Source of the DNA: Arenicellales bacterium
GTDB taxonomy: Bacteria > Pseudomonadota > Gammaproteobacteria > Arenicellales > JAHEKD01
Direction: 5' to 3'
Assembly: GCA_965215945.1 (NCBI GenBank)
Contig: CBDCFC010000018.1
Location: forward strand, 61,740-125,739
Length of the DNA: 64,000 nt
Below, piece after piece: positions 31,097-41,634 of this stretch. A program made the translations under genes and the position numbers. Numbering within the stretch: position 1 is the first letter of the stretch; every line of letters begins with the position of its first letter. Under the pieces are notes generated by a model. The model saw only the letters and a program-made list of their open reading frames with translations, ran no database searches and was not told the DNA's origin.

Positions 31097-33877
31097 TTGT
31101 CTATGAAAAGGAAAAGCAGGGAGCAGTTATTCAGGATGCATGAATCTCGTACTGAAGCTCATACTAAATTGCTGAAGAAGCGTATTGTACGCAAGAAACG
31201 AACAAACGCGATAGTAAACAAAGGATTAAGTTTGGCTGAGTCAATTACTGAGAGCGAAGCACCTGTAAATATAATAAATGAAAACTCAGAGAAATTTATA
31301 TGTTCTGCTAGATTCGCGGATGAACGGGATGACACGCTTGATTATTTGCAGGCTGAGTTTCTTTACAAAATCCTAGCAGAGGAATTGACAAATCTGGCTG
31401 GCAAACTAAGAGTGAGTACAAATCTTGTATGGCCGGCTTATATGTCGTGTACACCTTTGATACATTCTGTAGCAACATGTGCAGCGTATGAATGGGGACG
31501 CAAAATTGGACTAAGGACATTATTGTATCCAGCGAAGGCAAATTCGTTTCGAGAGCTCAATCACATACGAATTGATGCGCAATGGCTCTATGATATTGCC
31601 CAGAATTGGCAATCAAAGATACGTGAAGGGACCACAGAATCAATTGTTTCGGATTGTGAGCATAAAGATATTCTCTATCTAACTCTTTGCCACTACCTAG
31701 ATGAGCCTGGAGATCCAGCCGGATACCCTAGCGTGGGAGAGACATTTCCCACATTTCCTGTCGGGCGACAAGTCTGGGGAAATTTTGAGGGCAAATTATT
31801 CAACAAAATTTTCAAGAAAGCCCCAAAAGCAGGAAAACCAGTGCAGTTACTAGGGCACCCATCGACTGCTCCAGATGCAATTTTCGGTATCCACCCCGAT
31901 TTAGATAATGATGCAATTACTGTAAGACTTACCACAGATGATCTAATGACTGAGACGGGTAGAAAACCCGATGTTGCAATTATTTCACTTGATAATAGAT
32001 CACGATCAAGCTTGAAGAACAACTGGGCAGAAAAAGCTGCAAAATTCACCCGTATGTGCCTTTTCGATCTGCCATATTCTCCAATTGGAGTTTTGGTGCT
32101 TGTAGATGATCCGATTGCGTATCTAACTTTTAGAAAAAAGCTTAAAAAGCATCTTCGCTTTAAGAAAAAACTATTGAGTAAGTCGAACGCCGTTTCGTAT
32201 CGTTCGATTTTCAACCTAAACAGTTCAATTAGCCCCAGGCATGGAATTCCTCAGCGGACGATCAGCGACATTCGTCTGAATGCCCATGTCGTCGACGCCG
32301 AGGCAGCCGCAGTCGCCGCTGAGTTCAGTCAGGCTGCGCGAGCAGTCCAAAGTGATAGTGAACCACTCGCGTTTGCTTTACGAGAATGTGGCGGCTATTT
32401 ACTGTGGTCAGCACGATTGCCGACGGGTCAAGCCGCCCTCCAGGAGATGTTGCATGATGACTCGGGCTCGGACCAGGAGCTGCAGTGGAAGACAGAAAGG
32501 TACAGCTGGATTGGTGTAATAAGTCGCCTGGACGAAATTAGGTCAAAAGTCGCTGAATCGGCCGAAACACCGAACATCGACCATTTGGTTGAAAAAGCGA
32601 ATGACATGTTGAATTCTTACAACTCAGGTACCCCCAGCGGTGCCAAGTTGAATGAGCTTGTCGCCGAGATAATGGAGGCGACTTCAGATTCTCGTGCGAA
32701 GAAGAAACAGCGCTCTCGACCAACGATTACTGTCGCAGTACCAAGTGCGCTTCAGGCCCGATTGATCTATGATGCTCTTGAGCGAGATTGGGGGCTTTTC
32801 GACGATCATGGAAATGAAGTCATTCAGGTTGTACGCACTGTCGAGCTTTTTTCTAGGAATGTGCCGGTCATAGCGCGACGATTGATTGTAATGGGCGCTC
32901 GCGCACAGACTATCGCTGAATTATGTAGTGCAAATGATTTGCCAAAGAGAATTGATCTAATCCTTAGCGCGGGAGACGCCGAGCGCGTGGTCCAGAGACT
33001 TGACTTTATTCTCAACGAAGAGGCCTTTGAGCAGCTTCATGAGCCAGTATCAGAATTGGTAGAGCAACTCAAAGGATTTCTGGAATCAGCTTCAACTCAA
33101 TTTTCGATACTGTCGAACTTGGTCTATTGGAGGCCACAGACTCATGTGCAGGCTTCGGCGTCTCTTTCATCAACTAATACAACAGATCCCGACTACCAGG
33201 TTCAGTTAGATGACGGAAGAACGATAGGGCTTTACAAGTCACGTCCAGTTCTAGTGTATGACGAAACGCGGCGTCCGCCATTTGCGCAAAGAGTAGGGTC
33301 TGAAGTCGAAGTCGGTGATCATCTACTGGTCATATCTGATGAAATGCGGAACGACATTGAAGCCTATATGGATCTGGCTGGCCGATTCAGAAACGAGAAT
33401 GTCGTGCGCAAGTATCATCAACATGTCTTGGAAAAGCTTCAAAGTCTATATCCAGACAGCAATCAGTCGCAATTAATAGACAGTGTGCAATCTGCCATCC
33501 AAGAGGCATTCCCCGATGCCGAGGATATTACTGAGCATAAGATTAGGTATTGGGTAACAGTCGGTCATGAAATTGACCAGTCATTTGATGACCTGCGGTC
33601 ACATGCGCCGCGCTCCAGGGAAGACTTTGACCTATTCATGCACGTGCTAGGTATAGATGAGCAACTCACGGACCTATATTGGACGCTAGGAATTAATAGC
33701 CTCAGGATTGATCGTCGTTATGAAGGGCGGCAGGCAACTTTGGTTTACCAACGCTTCTTGTTGGATTCCACGTCCGTTGCCGGGTTGCTGAGTATTCCCG
33801 CAGCCGAGGAGTCGAGGCTGTTGGTACAAGCGCGATCGAACGTGTTTGAGGTAATTGAGAAGAAGGAAATGCAGTGA
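31097..33877 (+). CDS. 926-aa protein of unknown function, DrmE-like by position and C-terminal pattern
   Basis: Its stop overlaps the drmA start (GTGA). No SNF2/helicase motifs are seen. The C-terminal pattern V..GD.LL...IRYW...P...DF..FM..LG...W resembles my recollection of DrmE and needs HMM confirmation. Confidence 0.5.
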   Translation: MSMKRKSREQLFRMHESRTEAHTKLLKKRIVRKKRTNAIVNKGLSLAESITESEAPVNIINENSEKFICSARFADERDDTLDYLQAEFLYKILAEELTNLAGKLRVSTNLVWPAYMSCTPLIHSVATCAAYEWGRKIGLRTLLYPAKANSFRELNHIRIDAQWLYDIAQNWQSKIREGTTESIVSDCEHKDILYLTLCHYLDEPGDPAGYPSVGETFPTFPVGRQVWGNFEGKLFNKIFKKAPKAGKPVQLLGHPSTAPDAIFGIHPDLDNDAITVRLTTDDLMTETGRKPDVAIISLDNRSRSSLKNNWAEKAAKFTRMCLFDLPYSPIGVLVLVDDPIAYLTFRKKLKKHLRFKKKLLSKSNAVSYRSIFNLNSSISPRHGIPQRTISDIRLNAHVVDAEAAAVAAEFSQAARAVQSDSEPLAFALRECGGYLLWSARLPTGQAALQEMLHDDSGSDQELQWKTERYSWIGVISRLDEIRSKVAESAETPNIDHLVEKANDMLNSYNSGTPSGAKLNELVAEIMEATSDSRAKKKQRSRPTITVAVPSALQARLIYDALERDWGLFDDHGNEVIQVVRTVELFSRNVPVIARRLIVMGARAQTIAELCSANDLPKRIDLILSAGDAERVVQRLDFILNEEAFEQLHEPVSELVEQLKGFLESASTQFSILSNLVYWRPQTHVQASASLSSTNTTDPDYQVQLDDGRTIGLYKSRPVLVYDETRRPPFAQRVGSEVEVGDHLLVISDEMRNDIEAYMDLAGRFRNENVVRKYHQHVLEKLQSLYPDSNQSQLIDSVQSAIQEAFPDAEDITEHKIRYWVTVGHEIDQSFDDLRSHAPRSREDFDLFMHVLGIDEQLTDLYWTLGINSLRIDRRYEGRQATLVYQRFLLDSTSVAGLLSIPAAEESRLLVQARSNVFEVIEKKEMQ

Positions 33878-36800
33878 ACGATGAGGTACCGAGTGTCGTG
33901 AATCGAGTCGATCCGACTTCCATCGACGTCACATTGAAAGAGGCTGTTGCTCACGCCTTACTAGGTTCCATATTCCAACGGCTTTCTGGTAATGGCCTGT
34001 CTGGTCGGACGCTACAGGGAGAGAAACCGTCACGACGCCTGACCAGCGCGTTTTTAATGCCAGCTAATCCGGACGAGGAAGGCTTGGATGATGAAACGTC
34101 GCCAATCAGGATTACGGCGACAGGTTTCGACTTCATGGTTAGGGCAGACGCAACCGGCACAGTCACTGCGCGTCCTCAATTTTCGATCTACCTTCGTGTG
34201 CTTCCGTCAGTTGAAGAGCTGAGGGAGGAGGGGGTTGGCTTTCGGCTCACGCAAGCGATTGACCGTGATGTGCGTCGAGAGGTCAGAGCTAGAGAGCGCA
34301 GTCTCTGGGAGGAGCAAAAAGGCGACCTTGATGGCGATAGAAATCATCCCGACTGGGTGCGGGCGCGCTCGAATATAGCGAGAGAGGTCTACGAGCAGTT
34401 TGGCGTGTACGAGAATAGTGAGGTCGTCGCCATTGAAGACACGCAAGAACAGTTAGAGGTTGGCGACGATGTATTCGAAGTCCGAGGTTTTCGCGTACAA
34501 CCGGGAGACACGACGTTTCCCTCCTCGGAAGTTGTTCGACCAGAGAAGCCAATCGAAAAGTGGGTTCGAGTTCCGATTACCTGCTCGCCACTAGTGTTTG
34601 ACCTTGACGACCAATCAAGCCTCGATTCTGCTGTGTCGCACTCCAACAATGATATTCGTGCAGCCATCAATGATGCGATAGACGAATGGTTGGAATCTGA
34701 GGATCCGGCAACAGGCGGGGTTCTATGGGCGTACCCGCGGAGGCGGGCCTTTACGCCGACGGAGATTGCCAATTGGCAAGATACTCTTGACGAGATTCGG
34801 GCCGCAACGGCAGATATGAGTCTCACGGATCGTCGCAATTTTACTGCACTGCCGGAGCTGAGTATCGAGTGGGCCGCGGCGATTAAGCCTGATTGGTCGG
34901 AGCCTACTCGTCGCGCTGTTCACGTGTCACTCGAGAATCGAAGCATTCGCCCGAGACAATACAGCTCAGAAACTGACGAGTCGATTTTTCAAGTTGGTCT
35001 TCGGTGCCAGGTGCCGGCAGATGCCCATACACCGATGAGGTTGGATCGAGTTAGGTCTTCTTATCGATTCAATCGGTATCTTCACTATTCGGCTCTCGGA
35101 TTCAACTGCGGAGTTCGGGACACACAAGAGCCGGGATTCGCTGTGCTCGAAACCGACTGGATGCCCAAATACGCACTGCCAAAGATCGAGCCGACAACGC
35201 ACGGCATCGATTGCACCTTCCAGTCTCTCGCAGACACTGATCGCAGCATGGGTGCAATTTCAGAAATCGCCAATGAGCTCCGTTCTTGGGTTGGACAATT
35301 AGACATTGATGTGGCCGACGGGCTGTCCGACTCCGAAGGAGAGAAGGCCGAACGTGAAAGAGTGCAATATGAAGCCGATCTGAACGCCTGGAACAGAGAG
35401 GCCGAGATGATACAGCGAGGGATTGACTTGCTAGGCCAAGCAAGTCAATTCGATAGCGAAGACAATCGATCTATCCCATTTCGAGCTTGGCTCCTAATGA
35501 ATGAGACTATGCGCCGACTTGCGTTAGGGCGCTACGACTCTTGGAGACTTTTCCAGCTTTCATTCGTATTGGCATCCTTGCCAAGTCTCGTCACTCGAAT
35601 GCCTGAATTTGCGGACGACTTCGATAGCGAAGTAGATGATGCGACTACACTGCTCTACTTTGCGACTGGCGGCGGCAAATCTGAGGCATTTTTTGGGCTC
35701 CTAGTATTTGCGCTGTTCTTCGATCGCTTGCGGGGCAAATCACTCGGTGTAACGGCGATGCTTCGCTATCCACTTCGCTTGCTCACTGTTCAACAAGCAC
35801 AAAGGGCATCGAAGGTTCTCGCGCGGGCGGAAATCGTAAGGCGAGAGAGTGGCATCAACGGCGAACCGTTCAGCATTGGATTCTGGGTTGGTAGCAGCAA
35901 CACACCAAATTACCACGGTGCCTTGGGCGTTGCAGACATTCCGTATATCGACGATATAGAGGATTCAGAGGAGGAGCTAAGGAGATCAAATAGGAAGTAT
36001 AAGCAAGCGGTATCTGATTGGTTGAAATTGCCGACCTGTCCGTTCTGCGGAGGCGTTACAGGACTTCGACGTACGCGCTCGGCGAACGATGTGATGCCAC
36101 ATGGTGTAGTTGGCCATGTTTGTCTAGAGAATCAGTGCGATTGGAATACTTCTAATGGCGAGTTACGTCCATTGCCGTTTTACATTGTCGACGCCGACAT
36201 ATACTCAGTTATCCCGTCGGTCCTCCTGGGGACGATTGATAAACTCGCGCTGATCGGGCAATCACCTCAAACAATCAGGCGTGTTCTAGGCATGTTCGGG
36301 TTTACGGCATGGCGGGACGCGTTATCAGGACGTTTTATCAATCCTACTCCTCAGCAGTTCGAGGAGGGGTCGGACAATGTTGTTCACTTAAAACCGATTT
36401 ACGACAATGGTGAATCGACATTTTTCGATCCGTTCCCTTCGCTGTTGATTCAAGACGAAGCGCATCTTCTTGAAGAGTCTCTTGGCACATTTGCCGGGCT
36501 GTTCGAGACGGCCTTGTTCGAAGTCTACAATCGTTTGGCGCATTACAACCCCAATGTTGCAAAAGCACCTAACGGCAATGTTCGAATGCCAAAGATTGTA
36601 GCTGCCACAGCTACGGTGTCAGATCCCGAGCGGCAAGTTGAGAATCTCTACCAAAGGCAGCTAATTCAATTTCCGTACCCCGGCCCGAGGTTGTACGAGT
36701 CGTTCTACGCTATGCCAGAGTTGCCAGAATTGGGTAACCAGGAACCAAGTGATGATGTAGAAGATATTGCGCATCAGAGGCGTATCTACGCGACCGTTCT

Positions 36801-38043
36801 TACGAATGGGAAACCGCACACGACTGCGTCGGTTTCGGTCTTGTCGGCATTCCATTCACAAATTACGTCTCTTTTCAGATCGCTTGTTGAAGGTGATCAG
36901 GAAACTAGAGGCCAGTCTCGGCAGACGCTTGCTGAAGCGCTTCCGACCGAGTCTGATCGCGATTCCTACATAAACGCGATTGAGAACGCTCCCTTCGATC
37001 ACCTGGCGACGTTGGTCGACCTGCATCGAATAGCCTTGACGTACGTCACAAACAAGAAAGGTGGCGATCAGATATTGGCGGCAGAGTCTGAGCAAGTTAG
37101 AAAGGACCACGTTCGCGAAACACTGCCGCACACAAATTTTGAACGACGTCTCATTACGGGGTCAGTCGACGCCGGCCTTATTCAACAAGTGATTGAGGAT
37201 GCGGAGTATAGACCGGCAGCAGGTCAACCCTTCTACGACCTTGACTCTAGCCTACGTTCTATCGTTGCTACATCCGCGATTTCCCATGGCGTTGACGTTG
37301 AAGAACTTAACTCGATGTTCTTTGCCGGTATGCCTTCGGACATTGCGGAATACATACAAGCTTCATCTCGAGTGGGTAGAACTCACGTTGGATTCAGTTT
37401 GTTGCTGCCAGTGCCACAGCGAAAACGCGATCGTTACATCGTTGAAACTCACGACATATTCCATCGTTTTTTGGAGCGGATGATCCAACCCCCCGCAATT
37501 GACAGATGGGCAGAAAAAGCACTGATTCGGGTTGTCCCCAGCTTCTTCCAAACTTACCTTGTTTGTGTCTTAGCAATACACAGGTTAGTTACCGCAGTGG
37601 CGGATCAGAAGGCCAGGGCCCCAACGTTCGGTCGGGTATCTGATGTGAGGAACGCGGCGGCCGATCCAGTCGGTTTTCGTGAAGGAGTTGTCAGCTTCAT
37701 CTCAGATGCGGTGGGACTCGCCGGCGCTTACGGGCCGCCGAATGGCGATTTCTATAATGAGCTCCTGCAGCTTAGGGTTCGGCAGCTCTTGGATGACATT
37801 CAGGAACCGGACATGGCCAATCTCACGATGCGAGATTTTTTCGATCAACTCGCAAAGCGGAGTCCGGAGACGCTTGAAAAGCCCATGACCTCCCTGCGCG
37901 ATGTCGATGTACCTGGTTATCTTGTGCCGGCGCCAGGCGATACCGGGAGGCCGAGCGCGCATCTAAACGATGAACAAATGGCTGAGTTGATGAGGTTTTT
38001 ACGTAGAGGCGGAGGCGGTGTAGTTGGCCGCGACGGAGCTTAG
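33874..38043 (+). CDS. drmA: DISARM DrmA-like SF2 helicase
   Basis: Motif I FATGGGKSEAF, Ia LRYPLRLLTVQQ, II QDEAH, III ATAT, V TSAISHGVDV and VI QASSRVGR; a CPFC Zn insert; C-terminal MTSLRDVD. Confidence 0.85.
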   Translation: MNDEVPSVVNRVDPTSIDVTLKEAVAHALLGSIFQRLSGNGLSGRTLQGEKPSRRLTSAFLMPANPDEEGLDDETSPIRITATGFDFMVRADATGTVTARPQFSIYLRVLPSVEELREEGVGFRLTQAIDRDVRREVRARERSLWEEQKGDLDGDRNHPDWVRARSNIAREVYEQFGVYENSEVVAIEDTQEQLEVGDDVFEVRGFRVQPGDTTFPSSEVVRPEKPIEKWVRVPITCSPLVFDLDDQSSLDSAVSHSNNDIRAAINDAIDEWLESEDPATGGVLWAYPRRRAFTPTEIANWQDTLDEIRAATADMSLTDRRNFTALPELSIEWAAAIKPDWSEPTRRAVHVSLENRSIRPRQYSSETDESIFQVGLRCQVPADAHTPMRLDRVRSSYRFNRYLHYSALGFNCGVRDTQEPGFAVLETDWMPKYALPKIEPTTHGIDCTFQSLADTDRSMGAISEIANELRSWVGQLDIDVADGLSDSEGEKAERERVQYEADLNAWNREAEMIQRGIDLLGQASQFDSEDNRSIPFRAWLLMNETMRRLALGRYDSWRLFQLSFVLASLPSLVTRMPEFADDFDSEVDDATTLLYFATGGGKSEAFFGLLVFALFFDRLRGKSLGVTAMLRYPLRLLTVQQAQRASKVLARAEIVRRESGINGEPFSIGFWVGSSNTPNYHGALGVADIPYIDDIEDSEEELRRSNRKYKQAVSDWLKLPTCPFCGGVTGLRRTRSANDVMPHGVVGHVCLENQCDWNTSNGELRPLPFYIVDADIYSVIPSVLLGTIDKLALIGQSPQTIRRVLGMFGFTAWRDALSGRFINPTPQQFEEGSDNVVHLKPIYDNGESTFFDPFPSLLIQDEAHLLEESLGTFAGLFETALFEVYNRLAHYNPNVAKAPNGNVRMPKIVAATATVSDPERQVENLYQRQLIQFPYPGPRLYESFYAMPELPELGNQEPSDDVEDIAHQRRIYATVLTNGKPHTTASVSVLSAFHSQITSLFRSLVEGDQETRGQSRQTLAEALPTESDRDSYINAIENAPFDHLATLVDLHRIALTYVTNKKGGDQILAAESEQVRKDHVRETLPHTNFERRLITGSVDAGLIQQVIEDAEYRPAAGQPFYDLDSSLRSIVATSAISHGVDVEELNSMFFAGMPSDIAEYIQASSRVGRTHVGFSLLLPVPQRKRDRYIVETHDIFHRFLERMIQPPAIDRWAEKALIRVVPSFFQTYLVCVLAIHRLVTAVADQKARAPTFGRVSDVRNAAADPVGFREGVVSFISDAVGLAGAYGPPNGDFYNELLQLRVRQLLDDIQEPDMANLTMRDFFDQLAKRSPETLEKPMTSLRDVDVPGYLVPAPGDTGRPSAHLNDEQMAELMRFLRRGGGGVVGRDGA

Positions 38044-38053
38044 GAGTTGGCTT

Positions 38054-40220
38054 ATGCCTGACAACAACATCAAAGCACCAATGATGCAGAGATCGCGGAC
38101 GCAGCTAATGTCTTCGTATGCGCCAGGCTCGTATTTCACTTTTGAGGGCGGACTCGCAGCCTGCAAGAGCGTGGCTATATCTGTGCGGCCGATAGACCTT
38201 CCGCATCACACTGTCCGAATAGTCCGAGACCGGATTGAGGAGCTTGTTCGTAGTTGGTATGACCGTGCGATCTCCGCAAGAGGAGATAACGACGATCGAC
38301 GTATTTTTTCCTGATATGTGTGTCGACGGGCGGTTGATAGATCAGTCTGGCGCAGGAATTCGTGGCGATCTTGGATCCTTATTCGAGCTCGTTGTACCTA
38401 GCAGAGTTGGCTATGTACCAGAGCCAATCACTTTGATCTGCGGCAACTGCAATCGGATTCATTGGTATGACAGTTCATACCAGCTTTATCGTGACCTCGA
38501 TCGTATTCGAAACGAGCGGTGCCCTGCCGACGATGGTAATTCAACGTGCGACTGGCAACAGTTGGATGTTATGTTCGTCCATTGGTCGGGTGGGGCGGAA
38601 TCTGCAAAGCCAGAGCGCAATCAATGGTACGCCGACAGCGGTGTGACGCATACGAGATGGAGTTGCACTTGTGGATCGCGAGAGGTAGCGCTTGATAGAA
38701 GTGCTTCGCAAATAGGTAGTTGGTCGTTCCGTTGTGCATCCTGTGGATTGCCACAGCCGGATCGCTGGGTTCAGCTCGATAGAGACACTCTCGGAATGCT
38801 GAGAGAAAGCTTCTTCACCGATGGTCGAAGAGCCGATACGGCAATGGAAGCGACTTCATATAGGGCCTCTGTCGTTCACTACGTCCAGGGCGACCGCGTG
38901 ATTGCGTTCAAGGACGGTAGCTTGCTCGAGAAACTCAATCCCACTCGCGTCGAGGAGCTGAAGTTATTTGTTGCACAAAAATTCGGTTTCGACAGTGCCG
39001 AGATCGACGAAGATTCGATCCGTGAAGCCATTGGACAGTATCCAGATGAGGCGGACAGATTAGATACGTATCAGAAAAGAATGGAGATGGCCGAAGAGGT
39101 TGATAATCAAGGCCTGGCAGACGTCGCACAGCAACTCAGGGAGTCAGCAGGAGAGATTAGAGACCAATGGCAGCAGAGTGGTTACTTGATGCCGACGGCA
39201 GACCTGCCTGCAGCATTGGAAAATTCCTTAAACGCTAGACGAAATCTTCCGTCAAAGTACGACCCGTTTCGGCTCTTAGTGGAGCACGAGTGCCTTGAGA
39301 ATGAGTGTCTTAGACAAGGGCCGGGCCCGACAGGCAAACGCCCGTTCGTTCCATTCGATAACCCAGATACTGATTTGGTCCATCCGGAGTTCGCAGATGG
39401 TATTGAAGATTACAAAGCGCGATTAGGTGTGACCCGAATCGGCTTAATCCGAAATTTTGAATTGTGCTTCTTTTCGTACGGGTATACGCGAATGAGTGCA
39501 ACACCGACGTTACCCAATAAGCACAACACAACGATGCCCGTGCGGCTGAACCTGTTTCGTCCTATTAATGTCCGCGAGAGGCAAGCTAATCCGATTTACA
39601 CAGTCAAGCAGGAGAATGAAGCGATATACGTACAGCTTGACGAAGAGGTAGTTAGGCAGTGGTTACTTGGACTTGGTTGTGCTGAAGGAGAGGCTTTGGA
39701 GAATGGTCCAATCGGGAGCATAACTCTTCAGAACGTATTTCCTATGTCGGCGTATTTGGACAACTTGCCGACACGTGACGATAGACAGCCGCCAAATGTG
39801 TACTTGGCGACATATACATTACTTCACACCTATGCGCATCACCTAGTCCACGCAATTACAGAGTTTGCTGGTTTGGATGCTGGGTCATTGGGCGAGTACA
39901 TATTTCCAGGAGATCTATCATTCGTGGTCTACCGGTCTGGTATGACGATGGACCTAGGCAACATTTCCGCGATGTGGCGAAACAATGGACGCGCGTTTCT
40001 TGATCACCTGCTTATCCCTACGTCGCTGAACTGCGGACTGGGAACGCTTTGTACTGAACGAGGAGGAGCGTGTCCCAATTGCATCATGGTTCCCGAGGTA
40101 ACCTGCATCGCCCAGAATCGTCTGCTGTCGCGCTCGGTATTGAATGGTGACGGACGCCCAGAAGAAGATGGCACAAACGACAGAATCACGGGTTACTTTG
40201 AGATTGCGGGTAGTCGATAG
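38054..40220 (+). CDS. drmB: DISARM DrmB-like DUF1998 protein (one +1 frameshift in a T run near 38305)
   Basis: AGGAG RBS, ATG 38054 and N-terminal RSRTQLMSSYAPG. A six-T run, where five would keep the frame, joins ORF 38024-38314 to ORF 38235-40220. The C-terminus has LLHTYAHHL and C..G.LC...GGACPNC...E.TC. Confidence 0.85.
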
Positions 40221-40225
40221 GCGCG

Positions 40226-41101
40226 ATGGCACAAATAGACCCCAAGTTGATTGACTCTCTGACCGACTATCTGCAGACCGCACGTAGTGTGGTGGCAGGT
40301 TTCGAGGGCGGTGAGATGTCGAGCCAATACTCAGTGGCAGATTTAACCCGAGCGGCTTCGATTCCTCACGTACGGAAATCGGAGGCAATCACCGTCCTCG
40401 GAATCCTGGAGCAGCATGGGATGGTTAGAAAGAACGGCGATACCTGGTCTCGTGTTTCTTCGCTGGACGACCTCGATGCCTTGGGATATGCGCTTCTTGG
40501 AGCCCAAGTACAGAAAGAAATTTCAGCTAAGGTAATTGAGTTTGAAAGTCAGGAAGTTGTACTAACGCGCCCACGAGCGCCAAGTCAGCTGGACCAGGTT
40601 ATCGGCAACGACGCCTCACTTCTGGTCCATATTGAAAACACTGATGACGCGTTCGCATCTCTTGCCGCGTCAGCTCGCACATCTCTAACGATAATGACGC
40701 CATTTCTGGACAATGTTGGGGCGAAGTGGGCAGTGGCGCTTTTCGAGGCCGCGGATAGAGCAGTATCAAAGGAGTTGATACTGAGGTTCCTGCAGGATTC
40801 AGAGAGTGACCTGTATCCGGAAGGCTATCCAAGCATCGCAGATGATCTCCGGCGGTTACAGGTCAAGGTCTATGACTTCGCCGTGCCAAGGCCAGACACA
40901 ACAAATTTCTTTGAAACTTTTCATGCGAAAGTGATTTGTGCCGATGGGGAGCGAGCATATGTCGGTTCGGCTAATCTAAGTCAACATTCAAAGGAAACGT
41001 CTATGGAGTTAGGTATGTTGGTTTCGGGATCGGCAGCAGCCCGTGTTAAATCCATTTTGGATAAAGTAAGAGATATCGCAATACTAGAGAAAATCAGATA
41101 A
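40226..41101 (+). CDS. drmC: DISARM DrmC-like phospholipase D-family nuclease
   Basis: A single HKD motif FHAKVICAD followed by YVGSANLS...ELG. Confidence 0.85.
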   Translation: MAQIDPKLIDSLTDYLQTARSVVAGFEGGEMSSQYSVADLTRAASIPHVRKSEAITVLGILEQHGMVRKNGDTWSRVSSLDDLDALGYALLGAQVQKEISAKVIEFESQEVVLTRPRAPSQLDQVIGNDASLLVHIENTDDAFASLAASARTSLTIMTPFLDNVGAKWAVALFEAADRAVSKELILRFLQDSESDLYPEGYPSIADDLRRLQVKVYDFAVPRPDTTNFFETFHAKVICADGERAYVGSANLSQHSKETSMELGMLVSGSAAARVKSILDKVRDIAILEKIR

Positions 41102-41313
41102 TCGTACATTGTATTATCAGAAGTTAAATTCCATCGCATTTTATATTTGTGAAGGTTACTGGTTGTCTGATTCAATGGTTTAGTTGTTTTTCTTATAGGT
41201 TAGTTGCAAATATTCTTACGAATTAATTGGACGCCCAACTGCAAAGCTAGACAGCCGCGGTGCATATAAATATTACTTTACATAATATATATTATGCGCA
41301 ATCATTACTTATA

Positions 41314-41521
41314 TCAGTCAATGAGCAATGATACTCGTTTGATAGAAGACCAAGGAATAAAAGGATGTGTGTTTTTAAAGATCAACTTGGCATGCTCAAT
41401 AATGACACCAGTGGAATCTACTCCCATTAATTTGAAAGTATTTTCTGTTTTCTTGTAATCTAAATCAGGGTAAACAAATTCTATTTTTATAAGCTGTCCA
41501 ACATGGTTTTCAAATAGTTGG
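41314..41521 (-). pseudogene. Small hypothetical gene whose 5' end is replaced by the Tn3 left IR
   Basis: The first ~15 codons of track ORF 41314-41565 lie within the IR at 41522-41558. Confidence 0.35.
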
Positions 41522-41634
41522 CCCAGTGCCCACGAAGCTGTGCAAAACGGCAAGATTTTCGTCAAAATTGAACAGCCATTCTAAATACAAAATGTTCCAT
41601 TTATTATTTCCGTTAGATTGTGTATTATCTACCG

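Noticed and set aside
31097-33877. DrmD (SNF2 helicase) identity for the 926-aa ORF, which would make a class 1 DISARM with the upstream MTase
   Set aside because: No Walker A GxGKT, DEAH or helicase-C motifs are present.
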